NCBI GenBank assembly: GCA_000434915.1
Contig: FR882080.1
Location: 26,377-90,376, forward strand
Length of the DNA: 64,000 nucleotides
Direction of reading: 5' to 3'
Source of the DNA: Ruminococcus sp. CAG:563
GTDB lineage: Bacteria; Bacillota; Clostridia; Oscillospirales; Acutalibacteraceae
Shown: piece after piece, positions 1 to 9,805 of the stretch
Layout of the letters: each line of letters starts with the position of its first letter
How positions within the stretch are numbered: the stretch's first letter is position 1
Notes under the pieces: generated by a model
Database searches by the model: none
What the model was told of the DNA's origin: nothing
What the model saw: only the letters and a program-made list of their open reading frames with translations
Position numbers and translations under genes: made by a program

Positions 1-96
1 AGAAAATATGTCACTATCGACAAACGAATTGCAAAATACGCTCCGGACCAGGGATATGTACCTTATGAAGAAAGAATTATTCAGGGGGAATAAAAA

Positions 97-978
97 ATGA
101 AAAACAAAAGTGATTTGATCTACAAGTTTCCGCTTCTGATTTCTCTTTGTGCATTGCTTGTCGCCGTGCCGCTGAGAGTTTATCAGTATTTCAAAGTTCT
201 TGAACCCGATACCGGATTCTATTCAAAGACGGATTTCTCGGTCTATATAATCTATGCGGTGCTCGGCATTGCAACGGTTTCTTCGATTGTAATCCCGCTC
301 ATCAACAAAAAGCGAATAATTACCGTTACCTCGGTAAAAAAATCACCCGTTTTTCTCGTTCTCTCGCTGATTCTCGCCGTTACAATAATCATTGACTCGG
401 CCGGTCAGCTCATGAGCTATTTCGACCTCTACGATGCGGCAAACGCTTCGGGCACGATCGTCACGGAATATGTCAAGAAGCAGGGAGGAACGCTTCTGCT
501 GCTTCAGGCCGTTTCCGGTGCTGTTGCCGCAGTTTACTTCTTCGTTTCCGGTCTTTCTGTCAGTCTCGGCAACTCCGACGGCTCAAAGCTCAAGGTTCTC
601 GCTCTTACTCCTGTTTTGTGGTGCATTTTCAAGCTCCTTTACAGATTCAAGAGAACAATCAGCTTTGTCAACGTCTCCGACCTCATGCTTGAGCTTTTTG
701 AAATAGTATTTCTTATGCTTTTCTTCCTCGCTTTGGCTCAGACGGTCGCAAAGATCGACGCTCAGACCGTATTTTGGAAAATCTACGGCTACGGCATTCC
801 GGCTGCAGTGTTCGCTTTGATCTGCTTCCTGCCGAGATTTATAGTTATGATTACGGGAAATTCCGAGCTTCTTAACGAACACTACGGCATTTCCTACAGC
901 GACCTCGGTGCAGCAGCTTATATAATCTACAATCTTCTTTCGAGAGCCAAGGCTCAAACGAACGAATCGGAGGATTGA
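97..978 (+). CDS. Polytopic membrane protein, function unknown
   Basis: 293-aa ORF with several hydrophobic segments and no recognisable catalytic motif; the RBS-like GGGGGAA precedes the ATG. Confidence 0.45.
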   Translation: MKNKSDLIYKFPLLISLCALLVAVPLRVYQYFKVLEPDTGFYSKTDFSVYIIYAVLGIATVSSIVIPLINKKRIITVTSVKKSPVFLVLSLILAVTIIIDSAGQLMSYFDLYDAANASGTIVTEYVKKQGGTLLLLQAVSGAVAAVYFFVSGLSVSLGNSDGSKLKVLALTPVLWCIFKLLYRFKRTISFVNVSDLMLELFEIVFLMLFFLALAQTVAKIDAQTVFWKIYGYGIPAAVFALICFLPRFIVMITGNSELLNEHYGISYSDLGAAAYIIYNLLSRAKAQTNESED

Positions 979-990
979 TCGGGGTAGTTT

Positions 991-1920
991 ATGTTTCTTG
1001 ACAATTTTCTCATTGCGGCACGTCAGGTCGGCATACTCTACGTCATGGTGCTTGTCGGAGTTATCTGCGACAGAATAGGCTGGTTCACCGAGAAAACGGG
1101 CAAGGCCTGCACCGACCTGCTTTTCTATATAATAACGCCGAGCGTTATTATCAACTCGTTCTTCACACGTGAGTTTACAAAAGACAGCGGAATAAAGCTG
1201 CTGATTGCTGTCGGCTGCGGATTTCTTCTGCATTTTATAGCGATTGCAATTAATACTCCCCTGTTTTCAAAGGGCGACCGTGACAAAAACTGCGTTTATA
1301 AATACGGCGCAATTTACGGCAACGTGGGCTATATGACCCTGCCGCTGACCGAAGCTCTGCTCGGCAGTGAGGGTGTGTTCTATTGCTCCGCCGTCGTTAT
1401 GGCGTTCAATGTCGTTTCATTTACCCACGGCGTTTTCATGATGGACAAAGGCAAGGGCTTCGACGCAAAGAAACTCATTCTCAACCCGGGCGTTATCGCA
1501 ATGCTCATAGGTCTGCCGTTCTTCCTTTTCAAGGTTCCGCTTCCGGAGCTTGTGACAAAGCCGGTTGACTTTATTGCTAACACGCAGACCCCCGTTGCGA
1601 TGATTGTTTTCGGTACATTTCTTTCACACACTAAGCTCAGAAGTCTTTTTAAGCATAAGAAAATATTTCTTGTTGCATTATCAAAGCTGATTGTTTTGCC
1701 GGCCGTCATGATAGCGATATACAAACTTATCGGCCTGAGCGGAACGCTCCTGACTGCGCTTGCGATATCCTCATGCGCTCCGTCGGCTAACAACACCGTC
1801 CTGTTCTCCGCCAAATACGGAAAGGACACGGGGCTTGCTTCACAGCTTGTTGCAACGGTCAGCTTCATGTCGATAATAACAATGCCTTTAATAATTGCGG
1901 CAGTGGAAACTGTCGCATAG
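991..1920 (+). CDS. AEC family transporter (auxin-efflux-carrier/malate-permease-like)
   Basis: 309 aa, about 10 TM segments; the N-terminus 'FLIAARQVGILYVMVLVGV' and overall architecture are typical of the AEC family. Confidence 0.7.
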   Translation: MFLDNFLIAARQVGILYVMVLVGVICDRIGWFTEKTGKACTDLLFYIITPSVIINSFFTREFTKDSGIKLLIAVGCGFLLHFIAIAINTPLFSKGDRDKNCVYKYGAIYGNVGYMTLPLTEALLGSEGVFYCSAVVMAFNVVSFTHGVFMMDKGKGFDAKKLILNPGVIAMLIGLPFFLFKVPLPELVTKPVDFIANTQTPVAMIVFGTFLSHTKLRSLFKHKKIFLVALSKLIVLPAVMIAIYKLIGLSGTLLTALAISSCAPSANNTVLFSAKYGKDTGLASQLVATVSFMSIITMPLIIAAVETVA

Positions 1921-1931
1921 GATTTGATAAT

Positions 1932-2720
1932 ATGATAAAGGATATCATTTCTGAAATCTCCCCGGTTTACGGCTTCTGCGATTTTGAACCGTTTCGGGAT
2001 AAGCTTATAAACTGCCGTGCAAAGTGCAGACTTCCCGAGAATGCCAAGAGCATTATAGTTATGCTTTTCCCCTACTATCTCGGTGAGGACGAATATAAGG
2101 ATATCAACATCTCACGCTATGCCGTTGTCAAGGACTATCACCTTGCAATCAATTCGGCGGTCGAGGGAGGACTTCAAAAGCTTCGTAAGGCTTTTCCGGA
2201 TGAGCAGTTCGTATTTTTTACGGACAATTCGCCGATTCCCGAGGTTCAGGCGGCTATGGACGCCGGCCTGGGCGTTAAGGGAAAGAACAGGCTTCTCATC
2301 AACAAAGAGTACGGCTCGTGGTTCTTCATTTCGGAAATAGTCACAACAATGCGGCTGCCTGCGGCAGAGATAAAAGAAACAGCATGTTTAAACTGCGGCA
2401 AATGTATCGCCGCATGTCCGACGCATGCACTGACGGAAAACGGCTTTGATAAAAATCTTTGCCTTTCGGACATAACTCAGCGCAAGGGCGAGCTGACGCC
2501 CGAGCAGGAGGAACTTATTAAAAAAACCGGCTGTGCATGGGGCTGTGATATCTGCCAGACGGTGTGCCCGATGAACAAAAAAGTGAAAATAAATCCTGCC
2601 GAAGTTTTCCTTGACGGAATAGAAACGACGGCAAGAACAGATAATATTTCCGACAGAGCCTACGCATGGCGTGGCGAAAAGGTCATAAAAAGGAATCTTG
2701 ATATAATCAGCGGGCAGTAA
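1932..2720 (+). CDS. QueG-like Fe-S protein with two 4Fe-4S ferredoxin motifs (epoxyqueuosine-reductase family, short form)
   Basis: Two CxxCxxCxxxCP motifs (CLNCGKCIAACP; CAWGCDICQTVCP) in a 262-aa protein. Confidence 0.45.
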   Translation: MIKDIISEISPVYGFCDFEPFRDKLINCRAKCRLPENAKSIIVMLFPYYLGEDEYKDINISRYAVVKDYHLAINSAVEGGLQKLRKAFPDEQFVFFTDNSPIPEVQAAMDAGLGVKGKNRLLINKEYGSWFFISEIVTTMRLPAAEIKETACLNCGKCIAACPTHALTENGFDKNLCLSDITQRKGELTPEQEELIKKTGCAWGCDICQTVCPMNKKVKINPAEVFLDGIETTARTDNISDRAYAWRGEKVIKRNLDIISGQ

Positions 2721-2947
2721 TTAGTGGTTAGTGAGCAGTGAAAGTCCGAAAAAAATCTTTCGTACAGGAACTTCATAGTCTCCCCTCGAAGCAAGGCAGC
2801 AAAACGGCACGACGGTAGTAAATGAACGCCCGATGAACGTTCAGAGCCGGGCTGTCAATTCGCTGTTGCACCTACACTTCGCTGCCATACAAAGAAACCT
2901 ATATAATTTTAGATGATAAATACCAAATACACAACAGGAGGTAAATC

Positions 2948-3271
2948 ATGAAACTTTTAATTGCAGTCATCAACAGTGACGATTCGCATGTCGTTCTCGA
3001 TGAGATAACTAAAGCAGGCTTCTACGCAACGAAGCTTTCCACAACGGGCGGCTTCCTGCGTGCCGGCAACCTCACGCTTCTTATGGGTGTTGAGGATGAC
3101 AAGGTAGATGAGTTGCTTGAAATTCTCAGAGCCAACTGCCGCAAGCGTGAGGAGCTTACCCCGGTAGTTCCGACCTACTCCTCGGGTCTTGTTAACGCCA
3201 TTCCGGTCAAAATCACCGTCGGCGGAGCAACCGTTTTTGTCCTCGATGTTGATCAGTTCTATAAAATGTGA
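2948..3271 (+). CDS. darA: PII-like c-di-AMP receptor DarA/YaaQ homologue
   Basis: 107 aa with TTGGFL and GGATVFVL motifs; it sits directly upstream of holB, as in the B. subtilis yaaQ-yaaR-holB-yaaT arrangement. Confidence 0.7.
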   Translation: MKLLIAVINSDDSHVVLDEITKAGFYATKLSTTGGFLRAGNLTLLMGVEDDKVDELLEILRANCRKREELTPVVPTYSSGLVNAIPVKITVGGATVFVLDVDQFYKM

Positions 3272-4161
3272 TGAACGGCATTCACGATATCGGAATTCAA
3301 AACAGCCTTGCCGAAAATCTTGACGGGCTTATAAAGAACGGACGTTTGCCTCATGCAATAATGCTCAGAGGCGGCAGTGAGGCTTTGCGTCAAAGGCTTT
3401 CGCTCTTTCTTGCCGAGGCCTTTGTGTGCGAGGGTGACAGCAAGCCGTGCGGAAAATGCTCCCACTGCCTTAAAGCGCAGAGCGGCAATCACCCCGACAT
3501 TATAACCGCCGACCCCTCGGTGCAGGGCGAAAAAACATTCAAAATTGCCCTTGTCCGTGAAATCAAGGACGATGCTTATATTATCCCGAATGAAGCAAGG
3601 AGCAAGGTATATATCCTTCGTTCGGCGGATAAAATGAACATACAGGCACAAAATGCACTTTTGAAGCTCATTGAAGAACCGCCGACATATGCGAGATTCA
3701 TTCTTGAATGTGATTCTTCGGCAGCAATGCTTGAAACGATTATGTCAAGAGTAACGCTGTTCGACCTTGGAGCGGACAAGGATGAAATCTCCGATGAATT
3801 GAGAAAAAAGGCGGACGAGACCGCCGCACGGTTAGCCGCCGCTATTTTACAGCCGACAGAATATGAATTCATGAAAATCACGGCAGAGTTTGAAAAAGAC
3901 AAAAATCTTTTTGAGCCTACCCTGCCCGCCTTACAGCTCATCTTTCGTGACGCCGTCATCATAAAGGCAGTCAGCGATATCACGCTTTCCGGCCATGCGG
4001 ATATCAGCCGACAGGCAGCTTCAAAGCTGACGATGAATGCACTGATGAAAATGACCCGTGAAATTGATAATTTCAGAGAAAGCATAAACAGAAACGCTAA
4101 TAAAAATTTACTGATCACCCGCTTCTGCGCCGTTATGCGCAGTTCAGCATATGAAAGATAA
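3268..4161 (+). CDS. holB: DNA polymerase III delta' subunit
   Basis: 'GRLPHAIMLRGGSE' P-loop-like region and a CxxC zinc module (CGKCSHC); 4-nt overlap with darA. Confidence 0.8.
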   Translation: MMNGIHDIGIQNSLAENLDGLIKNGRLPHAIMLRGGSEALRQRLSLFLAEAFVCEGDSKPCGKCSHCLKAQSGNHPDIITADPSVQGEKTFKIALVREIKDDAYIIPNEARSKVYILRSADKMNIQAQNALLKLIEEPPTYARFILECDSSAAMLETIMSRVTLFDLGADKDEISDELRKKADETAARLAAAILQPTEYEFMKITAEFEKDKNLFEPTLPALQLIFRDAVIIKAVSDITLSGHADISRQAASKLTMNALMKMTREIDNFRESINRNANKNLLITRFCAVMRSSAYER

Positions 4162-4234
4162 TTTAAAACAAGGCATGTGCTGCAAATTATGTGCCATTGT
4201 CTTAACATAAATACTCTACATAAGGAGGTTTAAT

Positions 4235-5101
4235 ATGTCAGAGGTTGTAGGAATCCGATTCAAGGAAGTCGGAAAAATATATTATTTCGACCCTATCGGA
4301 TTTAATCTAAATAAAGGCGACCGAGTTATCGTCGAAACCGTAAGAGGTCTTGAATGCGGCGAAGTTGCACAGGCAAACAAGGACGTAAATGACGACGAGA
4401 TTATTAAGCCGCTCAAACCCATTGTTCGTGTGGCAACAGCGGAGGATCTCAAGGTCGTTGAAAGAAACAAGAAAAAAGAGAAAGAAGCTTTTGACATCTG
4501 TCTTAAAAAGATTGCCGCACACGGACTTGATATGAAGATTATCGACGTCGAATATACATTTGATTCCAGTAAGGTGATTTTCTACTTCACCTCGGACGGA
4601 CGTGTTGACTTCCGTGAGCTTGTCAAGGATCTTGCAAGTGTGTTCAGAATCAGAATCGAGCTTCGCCAGATAGGTGTCAGGGACGAATCGAAGATGAAAG
4701 GCGGTCTCGGAATGTGCGGCAGACCTTTCTGCTGCAACAGCTTCCTCGGCGACTTCCAGCCCGTTTCGATAAAAATGGCAAAGGAGCAGGGTCTCTCCCT
4801 CAATCCAACCAAAATAAGCGGTACCTGCGGCAGACTCATGTGCTGTCTCAAATACGAGCAGGAATCGTACGAGCATTTGCTCAGGGTCACTCCGAAGGTC
4901 GGTGCAATCGTTGACACAAGCTCGGGCAGAGGTACTGTCGTTGAATCAGACCTGCTCAAAGGAATGCTCAAGGTTCGCCTTGACCGTAGTCCCGAAGCCG
5001 CACCGGCTGTTTTCAGCCGACGTGACGTCAAACTCATAAAGGACAAAAAAATTACCGTCAATAAATCCGAATTAGCTGCCCTAAAAGAGATCGAAGGTTA
5101 A
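4235..5101 (+). CDS. ricT: PSP1-domain protein RicT/YaaT (regulator of RNase Y/sporulation initiation complex)
   Basis: Cys-rich PSP1 core 'MCGRPFCCNSFL...GTCGRLMCCLKYE'; conserved position after holB. Confidence 0.8.
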   Translation: MSEVVGIRFKEVGKIYYFDPIGFNLNKGDRVIVETVRGLECGEVAQANKDVNDDEIIKPLKPIVRVATAEDLKVVERNKKKEKEAFDICLKKIAAHGLDMKIIDVEYTFDSSKVIFYFTSDGRVDFRELVKDLASVFRIRIELRQIGVRDESKMKGGLGMCGRPFCCNSFLGDFQPVSIKMAKEQGLSLNPTKISGTCGRLMCCLKYEQESYEHLLRVTPKVGAIVDTSSGRGTVVESDLLKGMLKVRLDRSPEAAPAVFSRRDVKLIKDKKITVNKSELAALKEIEG

Positions 5102-5105
5102 GGTC

Positions 5106-7313
5106 ATGAAGAAGATCAATTTGAAAATCGGCGGAATGAGCTGCAGCGCATGCTCAAACGGACTTGAAAAATATCTAAACAAACAAACCGGGGTTATTTC
5201 TGCAAGCGTTAACCTCGTTATGGCTAACGCTCTCATCGAATATGATGAGAGCGTTCTCAATAGGAAAAAACTTGAAAAATTTGTAAAAGAAGCCGGATTT
5301 GAAAGTCTCGGTCTTTATGACGAATTTGAGAAAAACAGCTCGTCCAAAATGTCAAAATTATGGTTTGTCATAATGACGGCTCTGGCGGTTATACTTATGT
5401 ATATCTCAATGGGCTCAATGATAGGCCTGCCGGAAATTCCGTTTCTTGCAATGCACACCCATGACAAGGCTTTTGCTTCGTCGCTGCTTGTTTTGACGAT
5501 ACCGTTCCTCGTTTACGGTTTTGACATCATCAAGAGCGGATTTAAGAATTTGTTCCATCGCACACCGAACATGGACACGCTTGTCACTCTCGGCGTTCTG
5601 ACGAGCCTTATTTACAGCATTTTCTCCGTTGTGATGATATTCACCGGACACCACCATTATATTCACAAACTCTATTTTGAGTCGGCGGCAATCGTTATCT
5701 ACTTCATAAAGCTCGGCCGATATATTGATTCGGTCAGCAAGGACAAGACAAAGGAAGCAATTCAGAGCCTTGTTCAGATCACGCCCAAAGACGCAGTTAT
5801 CAAGACCGCCGAGGGTGAAAAGAAAGTTACGATTGACGAAATTCAAAAAGGAGACACGGTCATCTGCAAGCCCGGAGAAAGGATCGCCGTTGACGGCACG
5901 ATAACCTTTGGCAAAACTCATCTTGACGAATCATTCATCACGGGCGAAAGCAAGCCGGCTGCAAAAGAAATCGGTGCAAGAGTTATCGCAGGCAGCATCA
6001 ACTATGACGGATACATTGAATACTCCGCCGAGCGAATCGGCAAGGAATCGACAATTTCCGAGATTGTTCACATCGTTACCGAGGCTTCGTCGGCAAAAAT
6101 CCCGCTTGCAAAAATTGCCGACAGGATAAGCTCCTACTTTGTTCCGACGATTATCGGAATCGCAATTCTCAGCTTCGTCGGCTATCTCGTCGCAGGTCAA
6201 GGCTTTAACGCCGCACTGAACACGTTCGTAACGGTTCTCGTTGTCGCATGCCCGTGCAGTCTGGGGCTCGCAACTCCGCTTGCAATCGTCGTTTCCGAGG
6301 GTCGCTGTGCCAAGAACGGCATACTCATCAAGAAGGGCGACGTGCTCGAAACAGCTTCGAAAATCAACAAGGTTGTGTTCGATAAAACAGGTACCCTCAC
6401 CTACGGCAATCTCAAAATTTCACGAATAGTCGACTGCGGTAAAATGCCGGAAAAGGACATGATGAGCCTTGTCTGCTCGGCCGAAGCGAAATCGAGCCAT
6501 CCGATATCAAAGGCATTCGCCGAGTATGCAAAGGATAACGCTCTCACACTCAGCGAGCCCGAACAGTTTGAAAACATCGACGGCATGGGAATCCGTGCCT
6601 TTATCGGCGGCAAGCCGTACTATTTTGGCAATGCAAAGCTGCTCGCAAAATACGGCATTGAGAATGACCGTCTTGATGATGCAAATGCTCTCGCCGACGA
6701 GGGCAACACCCTTGTTTATGTTGCCGGCGAAAAGCAGATACTTTCAATCATCGGCATCAACGATGTTATCAGGGATAACGTTGACAGACTTATCAGAATG
6801 CTTCATAACTTCAATATCGAGCCGATAATGCTCACGGGCGATAATGAGCAGACAGCGAAGAAAATCGCTGCTCAGGCAGGCATAAAGCATGTTATTTCGG
6901 GCGTTCTGCCTGCCGAAAAGGGCAACGTAATCAAGGAGCTTAAGGCCGAAGGCGACAGGGTCATGATGATCGGCGACGGCATCAACGACTCCCCCGCTCT
7001 TGCACTGAGTGATATCGGCGTCAGCGTCAACAGCGGCTCCGACATTGCAATGAACTCCGCCGACGTAATACTGATGAACGACGACCTGATGAAAATTCCC
7101 GAGCTTATAAGAACAAGCAGGGCAACTGTCAAAAATATCAAACAAAACCTTTTCTGGGCCTTCTTCTACAACTGCCTGATGATTCCGATTGCGATCGGTG
7201 CGCTCAAGCATTTCAATATAACGATCAATCCGATGATAGCAAGCCTTGCTATGACGCTTTCGAGCTTCACGGTAATAATCAACGCCCTCCGTCTGAGAGG
7301 GTCGAAAAAATAA
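5106..7313 (+). CDS. copA: Cu(I)-translocating P1B-type ATPase
   Basis: N-terminal HMA 'GMSCSACS', CPC transport motif 'VACPCSLGLATP', DKTGT phosphorylation site, GDGINDSPAL hinge. Confidence 0.85.
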   Translation: MKKINLKIGGMSCSACSNGLEKYLNKQTGVISASVNLVMANALIEYDESVLNRKKLEKFVKEAGFESLGLYDEFEKNSSSKMSKLWFVIMTALAVILMYISMGSMIGLPEIPFLAMHTHDKAFASSLLVLTIPFLVYGFDIIKSGFKNLFHRTPNMDTLVTLGVLTSLIYSIFSVVMIFTGHHHYIHKLYFESAAIVIYFIKLGRYIDSVSKDKTKEAIQSLVQITPKDAVIKTAEGEKKVTIDEIQKGDTVICKPGERIAVDGTITFGKTHLDESFITGESKPAAKEIGARVIAGSINYDGYIEYSAERIGKESTISEIVHIVTEASSAKIPLAKIADRISSYFVPTIIGIAILSFVGYLVAGQGFNAALNTFVTVLVVACPCSLGLATPLAIVVSEGRCAKNGILIKKGDVLETASKINKVVFDKTGTLTYGNLKISRIVDCGKMPEKDMMSLVCSAEAKSSHPISKAFAEYAKDNALTLSEPEQFENIDGMGIRAFIGGKPYYFGNAKLLAKYGIENDRLDDANALADEGNTLVYVAGEKQILSIIGINDVIRDNVDRLIRMLHNFNIEPIMLTGDNEQTAKKIAAQAGIKHVISGVLPAEKGNVIKELKAEGDRVMMIGDGINDSPALALSDIGVSVNSGSDIAMNSADVILMNDDLMKIPELIRTSRATVKNIKQNLFWAFFYNCLMIPIAIGALKHFNITINPMIASLAMTLSSFTVIINALRLRGSKK

Positions 7314-7351
7314 GAAGCAATTTTAAATATTCAAATTCAGGAGGATGCAAT

Positions 7352-7582
7352 ATGTTATTCGGCAAAGAAAAAATCACAAAGGAAGTTTATATCGACGGCA
7401 TGAGCTGTATGCACTGCGCAGCCAAGGTTGAAAAGGCACTCGCTTCCGTCTCGGGAGTTGCTGATGCCAAGGTTGATCTTGTGAACAAAAAGGCTGTTGT
7501 AAAGCTCAAAAAGGACATTGACAATGCAACGCTCAAGGCTACGGTCGAGGACCTCGGCTACAATGTAACAGACATTAAATAA
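7352..7582 (+). CDS. copZ: Copper chaperone, HMA domain
   Basis: 76 aa with the 'GMSCMHCAAKV' metal-binding motif directly after copA. Confidence 0.8.
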   Translation: MLFGKEKITKEVYIDGMSCMHCAAKVEKALASVSGVADAKVDLVNKKAVVKLKKDIDNATLKATVEDLGYNVTDIK

Positions 7583-7589
7583 ACGTATT

Positions 7590-7635
7590 AAAGCTCCACG
7601 TCATGCATGATACATTTCGTGGAGCTTTAATTTTG
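7590..7635 (+). terminator. Rho-independent terminator after copZ
   Basis: aaagctccacg...cgtggagcttt 11-bp inverted repeat followed by aattttg. Confidence 0.7.
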
Positions 7636-7691
7636 TGCTGCATTTGAAAAATATTATACATTATCGCAATATAAATGGGCATTTCGCAGAC

Positions 7692-7720
7692 TTGACAATA
7701 ATATATCAAAGCGTTATAAT
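7692..7720 (+). promoter_or_regulatory. Consensus sigmaA promoter (TTGACA-17-TATAAT)
   Basis: TTGACA at 7692-7697, a 17-nt spacer, TATAAT at 7715-7720, about 100 nt upstream of the 7825 ATG. Confidence 0.65.
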
Positions 7721-7760
7721 AGATTGCAATAAGATTGATACGGGAGTGAAAAACCCGTCC

Positions 7761-7808
7761 GTCGGACATCGATCGCATTGCGATAAATGTTCGGCTTTTT
7801 ATTTTTTT
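7761..7808 (+). terminator. Leader hairpin plus U-tract (candidate attenuator) immediately 5' of the FAD-protein RBS
   Basis: gtcggacat/atgttcggc 9-bp stem (2 G.U) with an inner atcgc...gcgat hairpin, then tttttattttttt, ending about 15 nt before the ATG. Confidence 0.45.
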
Positions 7809-7824
7809 CGGAGGTATCAGCATT

Positions 7825-9216
7825 ATGAAAACAGACGTTGTAATCGTCGGAGCAGGCCCTGCCGGTATATTCACAGCTATCGAAATGCTTCGCAAGGGCA
7901 CTAAGAAGAAGATCGTCATTGTCGAAAAAGGTCAGTCAGTCGAAAACAGACACTGCCCCAAGGCAAAGACTAAGAAATGTATGAATTGCAAGCCGTATTG
8001 CCACATTACAACCGGTTTCTCCGGTGCAGGCGCATTCTCGGACGGCAAGCTGTCGCTGAGCTATGAGGTCGGCGGTGACCTTCCGACTCTCGTCGGTGAA
8101 AATCTGGTTCAGGAAACTATCAACTATACCGACGGTATATATCTTGAATTCGGCGCAGATACTAAGGTTGAGGGTGTCGGAAATACAGAGGAAGTCAGAA
8201 AGATTCGTACCCGTGCAATTCAGGCCGGTCTTAAGCTTGTTGACTGCCCGATTCGTCATATGGGAACGGAAAAGGCACAGGACATCTACCTTGCAATCGA
8301 AAAATATCTCATTGCAAACGGCGTTGAGATCTTCTTCGGCTATGAGTGCTCTAACATCATCCTCAACGGTAAAAAATGCGAGGGAATCTATGTCTCCAAC
8401 AACAACGGCGTTGAAATGGAGATCAGAGCCGACAATACGATCATTGCAACGGGACGCAGAGGTGCAGAGTGGCTTGAAAAGATCTGCGGCGAGCATGATA
8501 TCGCTCATCTGCCCGGAACAGTTGACATCGGCGTAAGAGTCGAGGTCAGAAACGAGGTCATTGAAAAGGTCAATGACGTTCTCTACGAGTCAAAGCTCAT
8601 CGGCTATCCCCGTCCGTTCAAGAACAAGGTCAGAACCTTCTGTCAGAATCCCGGCGGCTTCGTAAGCCAGGAGAATTACGACAACAATCTTGCCGTTGTT
8701 AACGGCCATTCATATAAGGAGCTTAAGAGTGACAATACAAACCTTGCCATTCTCTGCTCCCACAATTTCTCTTATCCGTTCAACCAGCCTATCGCCTACG
8801 CTCAGAAGGTCGGCGAGCTGACAAACATGCTCGGTACCGGTCACATTCTCGTTCAGCGTTTCGGCGATATCCTTGACGGAAAGCGCACATGGGAAAAGGA
8901 GCTTTCGCAGTCCAACCTCAAGCCCACGCTTCCCGACGCCGTTGCAGGCGATATCACGGCCGCAATGCCCTACAGAGCCATGACAAATATCATCAACTTC
9001 ATTCAGGCAGTTGACCATGTTGCTCCCGGCTTTGCCTCCTATGAAACGCTTCTCTACTCCCCTGAGCTTAAGTTCTACAGCAACAGGGTCAAGATGGATG
9101 AGCATTTCAACACAAACGTTGAGGGTCTCCACTGTCTCGGCGACTCGAGCGGCTGGACAAGAGGCCTCATGATGGCTTCCGTCATGGGCGTTCTGATGGG
9201 CAGAGAGATCTATTAA
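7825..9216 (+). CDS. FAD-dependent dehydrogenase (COG2509-like) with an N-terminal Cys cluster
   Basis: 'VVIVGAGPAGIFTA' dinucleotide-binding motif and a CPKAKTKKCMNCKPYC cluster. Confidence 0.65.
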   Translation: MKTDVVIVGAGPAGIFTAIEMLRKGTKKKIVIVEKGQSVENRHCPKAKTKKCMNCKPYCHITTGFSGAGAFSDGKLSLSYEVGGDLPTLVGENLVQETINYTDGIYLEFGADTKVEGVGNTEEVRKIRTRAIQAGLKLVDCPIRHMGTEKAQDIYLAIEKYLIANGVEIFFGYECSNIILNGKKCEGIYVSNNNGVEMEIRADNTIIATGRRGAEWLEKICGEHDIAHLPGTVDIGVRVEVRNEVIEKVNDVLYESKLIGYPRPFKNKVRTFCQNPGGFVSQENYDNNLAVVNGHSYKELKSDNTNLAILCSHNFSYPFNQPIAYAQKVGELTNMLGTGHILVQRFGDILDGKRTWEKELSQSNLKPTLPDAVAGDITAAMPYRAMTNIINFIQAVDHVAPGFASYETLLYSPELKFYSNRVKMDEHFNTNVEGLHCLGDSSGWTRGLMMASVMGVLMGREIY

Positions 9217-9260
9217 TCATTGCAAAAATCGTTATAATACCGTAAAACGGAGGTTCTGCT

Positions 9261-9461
9261 ATGAAGGTCACACTCAATCCCGACGAAGAAATCGTCAAGG
9301 TAGTCAAAGAGGGTCTCAAACGCACCGGCGGCTATTGCCCCTGCCGCAGAGAACATACACCGGAAAACAAGTGTATGTGTGAAGAATTCAAAAAGCAGAT
9401 AGAAGACCCTAATTTTGAAGGCTTTTGCCATTGTATGCTTTATTATAAGTCAAAGGACTAA
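9261..9461 (+). CDS. Ferredoxin-thioredoxin-reductase catalytic-subunit-like protein
   Basis: 66 aa carrying the FTR catalytic signature CPC...CMC...CHC (CPCRREH...KCMCEEF...FCHCMLY). Confidence 0.5.
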   Translation: MKVTLNPDEEIVKVVKEGLKRTGGYCPCRREHTPENKCMCEEFKKQIEDPNFEGFCHCMLYYKSKD

Positions 9462-9474
9462 GGAGGTTTTTATC

Positions 9475-9789
9475 ATGGCTGAAGTTAAAATCACAAAGGA
9501 TAATTTTACAACCGAGGTGCTCAAATGTGATATCCCCGTTCTGCTCGATTTCTGGGCCGAATGGTGCGGTCCGTGCCGTATGCTCGCCCCGATCATTGAG
9601 GAAATAGCGGACGAGTACGACGACGTTGTTAAGGTCGGTAAGGTCAATGTTGACGAAGAACCCGAGCTTTCCTCGATTTTCAACGTTTCAAGCATTCCGA
9701 CATTGGTCGTTATAGACCACGGAAAGGCGAATAAATCCGCCGTCGGCTATATGTCAAAAGAAAAGGTTCTCGAGCTTCTCGGATTGTAA
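9475..9789 (+). CDS. trxA: Thioredoxin
   Basis: WCGPC active site; the ATG at 9475 is preceded by a GGAGG RBS (the track's ORF extends upstream to 9415). Confidence 0.85.
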   Translation: MAEVKITKDNFTTEVLKCDIPVLLDFWAEWCGPCRMLAPIIEEIADEYDDVVKVGKVNVDEEPELSSIFNVSSIPTLVVIDHGKANKSAVGYMSKEKVLELLGL

Positions 9790-9805
9790 AACTAAATAAA
9801 AAATC

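Noticed and set aside
2721-2947. Possible structured ncRNA (SRP RNA / riboswitch) in the 227-bp GC-rich gap upstream of darA
   Set aside because: It contains several small hairpins and a weak resemblance to the SRP 'GAAGCAGCCAAGGCAG' motif (gaagcaaggcagc), but lacks the conserved GGAAGGAAGCAGC core and the other SRP helices. There is not enough evidence to call an RNA gene.
9415-9474. N-terminal extension of the thioredoxin ORF (and similar upstream extensions at 13846, 20217, 21735, 23317, 25330, 28175, 30639, 38459, 41911, 49828, 51937, 60946, 61531)
   Set aside because: The track starts ORFs at the first in-frame start, including GTG/TTG. In each case an internal ATG with a good GGAGG-type RBS and a sensible protein N-terminus (signal peptide, Rossmann motif and so on) is the more plausible start.
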